Source: Eledone cirrhosa (lineage: Eukaryota). From it: 64,000 nt of DNA. This document shows positions 1 through 11,322 of this stretch, in pieces. The first letter of the stretch is position 1. Every line of letters starts with the position of its first letter. The stretch covers positions 205,096,001-205,160,000 of the forward strand of contig OZ024743.1 in assembly GCA_964016885.1 (NCBI GenBank). The letters are read 5' to 3'. The notes under the pieces were generated by a model that saw nothing but the letters and a program-made list of their open reading frames with translations, was not told the DNA's origin and did not search any database. A program made the position numbers and the translations under genes.

Positions 1-795
1 TATAAAATGCACACAATGTAGGTCCTGGGTACACAAGAGATGTAGCGGGATAGCAGGCAAACTAACAGGTAGGGAGAAATATGTATGCAGTAGATGTACA
101 GGGAAATTAGACAGTAGAAGTCGCACTGATAGACACATTTTTCAAATGCGAGAGGGCGCTATAGAAGTGGTGGATAGCTTCCGGTACCTAGGAGATCAGA
201 TTAGCATGGGAGGAGGGTGTTCCGAGGCCATAGTATCTAGAATAAGGACGGGTTGGAAGAAGTTTAGGGAGCTGCTTCCTCTGTTGACGAAGAAGGGTTT
301 CTCCCTGCGTACGAAAGGCCGGTTGTATGATGCCTGTGTGAGGAGCGCGATGCTGCATGGTAGTGAGACATGGGCAGCTACCGCAGAAGATATGCGACGG
401 CTGGAGAGAAATGAGGCAAGCATGCTCCGTTGGATGTGCAGTGTAAATGTGCGTGAACGACCCAGCATAAATGTGTTGAGAGAGAAACTGTGTCTGAGAG
501 GGATAGAATGTAGTGTACGGGAGAGGAGACTGAGGTGGTATGGACATGTGATGCGCATGGAGGATGACCGATGGGTGAAGAAGTGCCAGGAAATGCCAGT
601 TGAAGGAAGACGTAGTAGAGGTAGACCACGAAAAACATGGGCGGAGATGGTGAGAACAGACCTCAGATCATTGAAGCTCACGGTGGAGATGACGAGGGAC
701 CGTGACGAGTGGAGAGATGCTGTGCTGAATAAGACCCGTCCCACCCTTGCAAGCAGGGAAAAGCGGACGTAAAATGATGATGATGATGATGATGA
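1..795 (+). mobile_element. RTE-clade LINE (family B), 3' portion with (GAT)n tail
   Basis: ORF 146-772 has the RTE C-terminal signature (FRYLGD...LYDACVRSAMLHGSETW...RRLRWYGHVMR...GRPRKTW). Upstream bases encode KCTQCRSWVHKRCSG. Ends ...GGAAAAGCGGACGTAAAA(TGA)n. Confidence 0.9.
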
Positions 796-902
796 TATAT
801 ATTATATAAATATATATATATTTTATAAATATATATACATATTTTATATATATATATATATGTTATATAAATATATATATATTTTATATATATATATATA
901 TA

Positions 903-2600
903 AGAGCGAATTGATCTAGACGAAATGCAGTTCGGGTTTGTGTCAGGTAAAAGTGCAACAGACGCTCTTTACGTTGTACGACAACTACAGGAGAAGTACC
1001 TGGCTAAAAGTAAACCCCTATACTTAGCTTTTGTTGACTTGGAGAAAGCCTTTGACAGAGTACCCCGTTCCATTATCTGGTGGGCCCTTAGAAAACTAGG
1101 TGTTGATGAATTTCTTGTGAGAGCTATACAAGCCATGTATAAAGAAACAGTAAGCAAGGTTAGAATTAACAACGAATATAGTGAAGAGTTTAGCGTAAAA
1201 GTTGGTGTTCATCAGGGCTCCGTCCTTAGCCTCCTACTATTTATTATTGCCCTTCAGGCTATAACAGAGGAGTTCAAGATCGGCTGCCCATGGGAACTCC
1301 TATATGCAGATGATCTAACGCTCATAGCTTAATCAATGGCTGAACTAGAGAAGAAATTCCAAACATGGAAGCACGGCCTAGAATCAAAAGGCCTTAAAGT
1401 TAACTTGTCTAAGACTAAAGTTCTAGTTTGTAGGAAGGAAAATAGAGCACTGGTCCCGTCTGGGAAATGGCCATGCTCAGTGTGTAGGAAAGGAGTAGGC
1501 AGAAAGTTCATTTTATGTCCCAAATGCAAAGTATGGGTGCATAAAAGATGTAGTGGGATCACAGGTAAGCTAACTAAGAACATAGATTTTACATGTGGCC
1601 GGTGCTCTGGTGCAATAAGTAGCAGCAAGTGCCCACAAAATACTAGCTCTTTCAATTGCACAGAGGGTTGTATAGAAATAGTGGACAGCTTCCGTTGCCT
1701 GGGTGACAAAATCAGCAGTGGGGGAGGGTGCTCTGAAAGTACAGTAGCTAGAGTCAGAACGGGATGTAAAAAGTTCAGAGAGCTTATACCACTATTGGCC
1801 GCTAAAGTGTTCTCTCTAAAAATGAAAGGTAGGCTGTATGATGCCTGCATACGAACAGCAATGTTGCATGGCAGTGAGACCTGGCATTGTGTGCAGAGGA
1901 TATACGCAGACTTGAGAGAAACGAAGCTTGCATGCTCCGCTGGATGTGTAATAGTAATATAGGTGAACGGCAAAGCATAAACGAACTAAGGGAGAAATTA
2001 GAAATAAGAGGGTTCAGATGTTGTTTACTCGAGAGAAGGCTACGTGGGTACGGTCACGTGATGCGCATGAAAGACGACAGCTGTATAAAAAAGTGCAGGG
2101 CAATAAAAATAGACGGTAGCCACGGAGTAGGCAGACCCAGAAAAACCTGGGACGACTTGATAAATTCCGACCTCACACACTTACACCTCTCCAAGACAAT
2201 GTCACTGGACCGAGATCTTTGGCGCTACACAGTAATAGAGAAGACCCGCCTTACCTAAGTGCAAAGTGAAACCTACTACAGTCAGTAGGCACCTCTAACA
2301 AAATACACCCCCGTCCCACTACTCCCACCCCATCCACACCACCCCTTTCAATGTAAAGTTATGTTGGTACAACAACATCCAGCCCGAAACAAATGAGGTC
2401 GTGTAGGTAACACGGTAAAAACCTCCCAGTTCCACACTGTAAATGTAGTTGGTGTTAGGAAGGGCATCCAGCTGTAGAAAACCCGCCAGACAGTCCTATG
2501 CGAGCAAGACCACCACTCTTGCCTCAAGTGGGAAAACACCCGTCCAAACCCATGCGAGCGTGGAATATGGACGTTAAACGATGATGATGATGATGATGAT
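903..2600 (+). mobile_element. RTE-clade LINE (family A), 5'-truncated and disrupted
   Basis: RT motifs QFGF, FVDLEKAFD, GVHQGSVLS, LLYADD, then a Cys-rich insert and the RTE C-terminus. Premature TAA at about 1330 and a frameshift near 1890. 3' UTR ends in (GAT)n; flanked by (TA)n. Confidence 0.9.
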
Positions 2601-2621
2601 AGATGTATATATATATATATA

Positions 2622-2660
<39 letters not shown>

Positions 2661-2730
2661 CTGTATGTATATATATATATAGATGTATATATATATATTA
2701 TATATGTATATATATACATACATCTATATA

Positions 2731-2774
<44 letters not shown>

Positions 2775-2959
2775 GATAAATCTACCAAGAGTTTACGGTA
2801 GTGTCCAATCCGTATGAAGAACTCAATGTATTCCGGATATCATGGAAAGAAGAGATGTAATGAAAAACGACTTTCGGTGAAAGATAAACGGTATACATAG
2901 TCAAGATAAAATATTAAACAAATAATGAATAAACAATTCCTTATATTAAACAAAAAAAG

Positions 2960-3114
2960 TTCATTATTTAACGATCGTTTCTAGGATATATATGTGTTAT
3001 AATTGGTATGCATATTCAACAGATCTATGTACAAAATTATACAAAATTATACAAATTATCAAGATTAAATATACATACCAAACACATATATACGCCGTCT
3101 TCAGAAATAATGAA
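2960..3114 (-). ncRNA. Type I hammerhead ribozyme motif (copy in inverted PLE unit)
   Basis: Reverse complement of the 12133-12287 motif. Confidence 0.7.
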
Positions 3115-3923
3115 GTATATTTATTGATAATAACAACAATTCAAAATTTCAGTTCAAAATTGACCAATGAAAACACAAAGGGTTAAATGCAGTTCGGTGT
3201 GTGTATATACATGTAAAACCCTTACACATATTTTACAAAAATGTATGTATAATTTGTATACGCATACTAAAAGGATGGATGCAAATACGAAATTTCAAGG
3301 TTAATGTCTCTGTGAGATTACAATGCGCAGATAAGATACTTATGAAATCAAGTATATAAATATATTTTTTCATACTCACACATATCAGTACAATCACACA
3401 TACACGCGCGTATATGCATAAATATACACATAACCACGAACATACAGACACACACACACCCCCACTCACATTTATATATGTGGATATAAAATCATAAGCA
3501 CATGGATATTAATTCACTCACATAAAACACTGGCACACACATTTCTAGATCAAGATACAGAAATTAGGTGGGAGGGGGGGGAGGGGTCAGTATTCAACTG
3601 TCTGAGCAAACTGTCCAATATAAATGTATCTATAAATTAAGAAAAATAAAAAAATAAAACAATAAAATATAATAAATATAATATAATATACATACACATA
3701 CAGATATATACACATACATACATGTACGCACACATAGAAATATTTACGCATACACACATACACACATACATATACAGTCATACACACACATACACTTACA
3801 CGAACATACACATACACATATATAAAGATATATATATATACACACACACACACACACGCAACACATACACACATACACATATATATAAAAATAAATAATA
3901 AAGATATATACCTATATATATAT

Positions 3924-3970
<47 letters not shown>

Positions 3971-4369
3971 GACACACATACATCTAAATATACATACACA
4001 TACATACACACATACATGTACATACATGTACATACATATACGCACATCGATATACATATATATATATATACATATATATATATACACACACATAGACATG
4101 TAGATACATACACACACAACTTACATACACACATATATATATACATGTATATTCATACATAGAATTAGATATATAATCATACATACTTATGCACTTACTT
4201 ATACTCATATATACAAATACATACGCATCTATATATGCATATATACATAAAAAAAACTACAACCTCACCTAACTCAGACATACAAATAAAAATAATAATA
4301 AAAAGGCATATGTATATACATACACACACGCATTAATAGAGATATATATATAGAGACACATACATACAC

Positions 4370-4402
<33 letters not shown>

Positions 4403-4432
4403 TATATATATATATATATACACACATACACT

Positions 4433-4474
<42 letters not shown>

Positions 4475-4541
4475 GATATCCACACACTCATACCACCATA
4501 AATACACATACAAACACCCACATATATATATATATACACAC

Positions 4542-4596
<55 letters not shown>

Positions 4597-4690
4597 TATA
4601 CATACATACATACACATACATACATACATATAAACATATACATACATAAATACACACATACTAATAAAGACATATATTCACACATAGACA

Positions 4691-4736
<46 letters not shown>

Positions 4737-5875
4737 TATATACATATATACACACACACATATACACAGACACATATACACACTCACATATATATATGTG
4801 TGTGTGCGCACACACACATATGTACACACACACACACAAATACACATAAACACATACATATGCATACATGCACACACACACACACATATATCACATAGAT
4901 ACGAAGATAAACATATAAATAGAGAGACATACATATATATACAACACACATACACACACATACATACACACGCATATACATATACATATATATATATATA
5001 CATATATATATTCCTATATATACATGCATACACATATATACACATATATACACATACATACACATATACGTACACACATTCACATACACATACATATATA
5101 ATGCATATATACACATATATACATACATATACACACTCATATATACACACGCAATCTTACATTCATATTTGCATGCGCATATATGTATTTTTATATTTAG
5201 ATATAAATACCCAAACCTATATAGACACCTACCTACATATATATTCATACATAGACGCTTACAAATACAGATGATAATAGTATGGGGGAAAGGGGGGGTT
5301 TGGAGAAGGGGATCAAAGTAAATATATGTTTCAAGAAACATAGAAAATTTTCCGTATTTTTATCCAATGTATGTTCTTACATATTTTCAGTGTTAGGAAA
5401 TACGACAAACAAGAACCAAGGCAAAATCTATGCATCTCAAAATAAATAAGTATATCATTAATCATATGTTAACTAAACCAAAGATAGTCAACATATTGAT
5501 TTCTAAGGTGTAAATTAGTTAGGTTTATAATATTTGAAGCAGAATTTTGAAGTCAAACAGTAGTAGATTATTAATTACAGTATAACTAAATTAAAGTTAA
5601 TAACGTTATGGTATCAATATTAGGAAATGAATTTAGTAATAGGGAAAAAAATAAAATAAAGTATTACATCGGTAGTAGAATATAAATTATATGTTAACTA
5701 AATTAAAAATTATATATTTATTTCAATAGTATATGTTAATTAGGTATACAATACATAAAGCAGATACTGTATTTCATCAATAGCATAATATAATTATATG
5801 CAAATAGAAATCAAAATTAATACGCATACATATACATATACATACACATACACATATACATACATATACACACAC

Positions 5876-5920
<45 letters not shown>

Positions 5921-6444
5921 TACATACATACACATACACATACACACACACACATACACATACACATATACATATACATATCTTTTTCAAAAAAATTGCA
6001 TAGAATATATTAACTAGGTATATATCCAAAACGCATCCCATTCTATGATTACATGACATTCTGCAATTCGTCTGTATAAGGATACTAATTTTAAGCAAAT
6101 TAAAATTAAAATTTTTAGGTTGATTAAAACTAAAACCAAATAATAAATATATTTCTAAAATGTATATTAATTAGGTCTATAATACTAAAAATTATTTCTC
6201 TGTCATTGGATACACGATATTATTTTGTTATATTTTATCTGTAAAAGAGTTATAATAAAAGGTTTAAATAAATTAAAATTAATCTATAAATTAAATTACT
6301 AAGTATATATTAGTAATATTTAAAGGTTTTTCACAATTTATGATTACATAATATTTTATATTCTCATCTGTAATAAAATATTAATTAAATTAAATTTATA
6401 GGTTAACTAACATTTAAATTAAATTAATTTCTAAAATAATGTTA

Positions 6445-8886
6445 TTAATTAGGTTTATAATATTTAAATGTTTTTTTTAGTTTATGATTACACGATATAA
6501 TTAATTCCTGTCGTTTATTTAATAAGATATCCTTAGACTTCATTATTTCAAATAGTTCTTGGGAACATAATCTACATTCATTTCTATTATTTTGATAAGG
6601 GGTGGCTCTTTTGAGCACACTCCAGGTCAAATCATATTTTATATTCTTATTTTTATAACTATTGATTTTTTCTGCTAGAGATGTTGTATTAGCCAGTGCG
6701 GCATTTTTAAAACTATGCTTGTGGGTATTAAACCTTGTCTTAAAATTGTTAGAGGTAGCTCCTATATATGAGCAAATAGAATCTTTAGTTTTAACATTAC
6801 ATTTATAGACTATGTTGTTAACAAGACAATTCCCTTTTAATGGGCAGTTTGCTTTGTTTCTACAGTTACATCCTTTCGTTAATTCTGTATTTGAGGAGAT
6901 ATTATGGTTAATTTGATGTACTGGTGGTATACTTATGGTTTTCTTACATTTATATGCATTATATGCACTTATATTTTGTTTTATGTTATTTGTTGTAGAG
7001 TATGAGAATTTAACTGTAGACCTATTTAAGATTTGATGGTATTTGTGGTTTGGCGGGAAGTTTTTCTCAAGGATATAAAAAAATTTTTTAGCAATATTAT
7101 CCTTAACTTGTAAATTAAAAGGAGCATTATACCAAGTAACCCGTCTATTACGGTTTCTATGTTGTTTATTATTTTTATTATTTTTATAGGTTGTATCGTG
7201 ATTTTTACTAGGAGGATTAATGTTAATGATCTCACCACAACTATTTTTAGTTATATTTGTAGATTTAGGTGTTTTATCTTTTTTATTAGGAGTTTTATTA
7301 TTAATATTTATTATAGTTGTATGATGAGTAGTTTTTTGAGAGTTACTATACTTTATATTAGAAGATTTAGTATTTTGGGGTATAGTGTGGGTGGCATTTA
7401 GGTGTGTACTTTTCATTTGGTGTTTGTTGGTAATATTATGTTGTATGCTTTCAGTATTTTTAGTAGAAGGTATATACTCTAATCTATTTTTGTGGCCACT
7501 TCTATCTAGAGCTTCGTTATAGAAGGTCGCATTTTTATCAAATACATCTTGGTTAGAAGAAAGGTTAGAAATTCTAAGTGATATATTATATGCAAGGTTT
7601 TTAAGGATAGATTTAGGGTGATTAGATTGTGAGTGTATGTAATGTAAGTTTTGGTTAGGTTTATGGTAAGGTTGGTAGATACCCGTAGCTAAATCTAAAG
7701 TTATATCTAGGAAATTTACTACTTTACTTGTTTTTTCAAAAGTAATATTAAGATTATAATAGTCTTTAAGGAAAGTTCTAATATGTTTTTTGTTTTTTTC
7801 GATTTCTGAAAGGCTAAGGTTGTTAGAAAGAAGAAGACAGTCATCACGATATAAACCACCTTTGAGGTGGGGAAAAGAGGCATTTATGTTGAAAAGGAGA
7901 AAGAGGCCCACAAGATCAGTAATTTGGGCGGAATCGCTTGAACCCATAGTAATATCAAAAAGATTACTGTATGTGTTTCTGGTCCAGTATTCATTCTGAA
8001 ATTCAATAAGTGTTAGTCTAGCATGTGTAATAATGTTAATGTCATCCAAAGTTAAGTTAGATCTATTTTTAGCAAATATCAATGCTTTGTTCAGGAGTAT
8101 AGGTGATATAGAAGAATAGTAATTATCTATATCAAATTGTAGGAAAGAAGCAGAAGATTTACACCTAATATTTTTAAACCAGTTAATTACCTGGGAGGTG
8201 TTTTCCCAGAGTGGTAAAATAACGTGTTTTCTTATTTGTGGGATGACTCTATCTAAAATTTTTTTGCTAATTATTCCAATATCTGATTTGGAGGGACATA
8301 TAAGTCTAATAGAAGGATTTGAGTTAAAGTTAGATTTGTGATCTTTCAGGTTGAAGTGTGGTCTTTTCAATGCCAAAGGTTCAGTTCTATCTTCAATGTT
8401 TAGTTTTTTTACTATGTTGTGTGTTTTGTTGTTGATGTTGGTGAGTGACACATTATTAGATTTTTTATAATTTTTTCTGAGTTCTTTATATATGAACTCG
8501 TTATAATGTTCAATATCCATATGATACAAATTACCAGTTTTGTCCGAGTGGACATGGATTTTTTTAGACTTTTTTAGGTCCAATAGGGTAGAATCAAGGT
8601 CCTTTTGAAAGACGGATTTATACTTTTTAAATTTGAGGTGTTTAATTAAATTAAAAAGGTCTTTCTCGAAGTCTTCAAGTAAAAAGTTGTGTGGTGGATT
8701 CTTGTAAGTATTGAAATCATACATATATTTCCGATCTGCTTGTTTAGATTTTCTATCGAAGTGGTAGGCTCTCCATCTAACCCTTCTGATAAAATTATTA
8801 GTTTTCTGAATCATAAGGAGTAAGAAGTCGTCCTTAGAAGGTATTGGTATGTTTTTCAAGGAGGTTCCTAAATATTGTTTTTCCAT
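6445..8886 (-). CDS. PLE reverse transcriptase + C-terminal GIY-YIG endonuclease, intact (813 aa from first ATG)
   Basis: RT motifs DKTGN, PSIRLI, QFDIDNYYSSI, ITMGS, LYRDD, VNFLDITL, YHKP. CNCRNKANCPLKGNC linker, then IVY...YIGAT...FKTRFNTH, CRLC..E, LNKRQEL, C.H. The ORF track start at 8907 is a TTG; first ATG is 8886. Confidence 0.92.
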   Translation of the reverse strand: MEKQYLGTSLKNIPIPSKDDFLLLMIQKTNNFIRRVRWRAYHFDRKSKQADRKYMYDFNTYKNPPHNFLLEDFEKDLFNLIKHLKFKKYKSVFQKDLDSTLLDLKKSKKIHVHSDKTGNLYHMDIEHYNEFIYKELRKNYKKSNNVSLTNINNKTHNIVKKLNIEDRTEPLALKRPHFNLKDHKSNFNSNPSIRLICPSKSDIGIISKKILDRVIPQIRKHVILPLWENTSQVINWFKNIRCKSSASFLQFDIDNYYSSISPILLNKALIFAKNRSNLTLDDINIITHARLTLIEFQNEYWTRNTYSNLFDITMGSSDSAQITDLVGLFLLFNINASFPHLKGGLYRDDCLLLSNNLSLSEIEKNKKHIRTFLKDYYNLNITFEKTSKVVNFLDITLDLATGIYQPYHKPNQNLHYIHSQSNHPKSILKNLAYNISLRISNLSSNQDVFDKNATFYNEALDRSGHKNRLEYIPSTKNTESIQHNITNKHQMKSTHLNATHTIPQNTKSSNIKYSNSQKTTHHTTIININNKTPNKKDKTPKSTNITKNSCGEIININPPSKNHDTTYKNNKNNKQHRNRNRRVTWYNAPFNLQVKDNIAKKFFYILEKNFPPNHKYHQILNRSTVKFSYSTTNNIKQNISAYNAYKCKKTISIPPVHQINHNISSNTELTKGCNCRNKANCPLKGNCLVNNIVYKCNVKTKDSICSYIGATSNNFKTRFNTHKHSFKNAALANTTSLAEKINSYKNKNIKYDLTWSVLKRATPYQNNRNECRLCSQELFEIMKSKDILLNKRQELIISCNHKLKKTFKYYKPN

Positions 8887-9198
8887 TGTGATATGGATGA
8901 TGGACAATTGAAAGAGCTCAACTAAATGTATATGGGTTTACAAAATCATACATATATATATGTTTATACATAAATATAAAATTAATACACACATACAGTA
9001 CAAAAATACGAATATTTCCGTGAAAATAGGAGCAAAATTATGTAGATAAATCTACCAAGAGTTTACGGTAGTGTCCAATCCGTATGAAGAACTCAATGTA
9101 TTCCGGATATCATGGAAAGAAGAGATGTAATGAAAAACGACTTTCGGTGAAAGATAAACGGTATACAGAGTCAAGATAAAATATTAAACAAATAATGA

Positions 9199-10344
9199 TA
9201 TATGTATATGTGTGTGTATATGTATGTATATGTGTATGTGTATGTATATGTATATGTATGCGTATTAATTTTGATTTCTATTTGCATATAATTATATTAT
9301 GCTATTGATGAAATACAGTATCTGCTTTATGTATTGTATACCTAATTAACATATACTATTGAAATAAATATATAATTTTTAATTTAGTTAACATATAATT
9401 CATATTCTACTACCGATGTAATACTTTATTTTATTTGTTTCCCTATTACTAAATTCATTTCCTAATATTGATACCATAACGTTATTAACTTTAATTTAGT
9501 TATACTGTAATTAATAATCTACTACTGTTTGACTTCAAAATTCTGCTTCAAATATTATAAACCTAACTAATTTACACCTTAGAAATCAATATGTTGACTA
9601 TCTTTGGTTTAGTTAACATATGATTAATGATATACTTATTTATTTTGAGATGCATAGATTTTGCCTTGGTTCTTGTTTGTCGTATTTCCTAACACTGAAA
9701 ATATGTAAGAACATACATTGGATAAAAATACGGAAAATTTTCTATGTTTCTTGAAACATATATTTACTTTGATCCCCTTCTCCAAACCCCCCCTTTCCCC
9801 CATACTATTATCATCTGTATTTGTAAGCGTCTATGTATGAATATATATGTAGGTAGGTGTCTATATAGGTTTGGGTATTTATATCTAAATATAAAAATAC
9901 ATATATGCGCATGCAAATATGAATGTAAGATTGCGTGTGTATATATGAGTGTGTATATGTATGTATATATGTGTATATATGCATTATATATGTATGTGTA
10001 TGTGAATGTGTGTACGTATATGTGTATGTATGTGTATATATGTGTATATATGTGTATGCATGTATATATAGGAATATATATATGTATATATATATATGTA
10101 TATGTATATGCGTGTGTATGTATGTGTGTGTATGTGTGTTGTATATATATGTATGTCTCTCTATTTATATGTTTATCTTCGTATCTATGTGATATATGTG
10201 TGTGTGTGTGTGCATGTATGCATATGTATGTTTATGTGTATTTGTGTGTGTGTGTGTACATATGTGTGTGTGCGCACACACACATATATATATGTGAGTG
10301 TGTATATGTGTCTGTGTATATGTGTGTGTGTATATATGTATATA

Positions 10345-10390
<46 letters not shown>

Positions 10391-10484
10391 TGTCTATGTG
10401 TGAATATATGTCTTTATTAGTATGTGTGTATTTATGTATGTATATGTTTATATGTATGTATGTATGTGTATGTATGTATGTATA

Positions 10485-10535
<51 letters not shown>

Positions 10536-10655
10536 CTTTATTATTATAATATAACTTATGTGTATGTATGTATAAGTGAGGTTGTGTACGTGTATATAAT
10601 ATGTGTATATATAAGTGTATTTAATGTATATATATATGTGCATGTCTGTTTTTTA

Positions 10656-10700
<45 letters not shown>

Positions 10701-10769
10701 GTGTGTATATATATATATATATGTGGGTGTTTGTATGTGTATTTATGGTGGTATGAGTGTGTGGATATC

Positions 10770-10813
<44 letters not shown>

Positions 10814-10843
10814 AGTGTATGTGTGTATATATATATATATATA

Positions 10844-10876
<33 letters not shown>

Positions 10877-11275
10877 GTGTATGTATGTGTCTCTATATAT
10901 ATATCTCTATTAATGCGTGTGTGTATGTATATACATATGCCTTTTTATTATTATTTTTATTTGTATGTCTGAGTTAGGTGAGGTTGTAGTTTTTTTTATG
11001 TATATATGCATATATAGATGCGTATGTATTTGTATATATGAGTATAAGTAAGTGCATAAGTATGTATGATTATATATCTAATTCTATGTATGAATATACA
11101 TGTATATATATATGTGTGTATGTAAGTTGTGTGTGTATGTATCTACATGTCTATGTGTGTGTATATATATATATGTATATATATATATATGTATATCGAT
11201 GTGCGTATATGTATGTACATGTATGTACATGTATGTGTGTATGTATGTGTATGTATATTTAGATGTATGTGTGTC

Positions 11276-11322
<47 letters not shown>

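Noticed and set aside
2992-3186. 64-aa ORF repeated three times (also 12061-12255, 18501-18695) and other small antisense ORFs in the PLE
   Set aside because: Identity merely reflects recent duplication; it lies antisense over the hammerhead and has no recognisable motifs.
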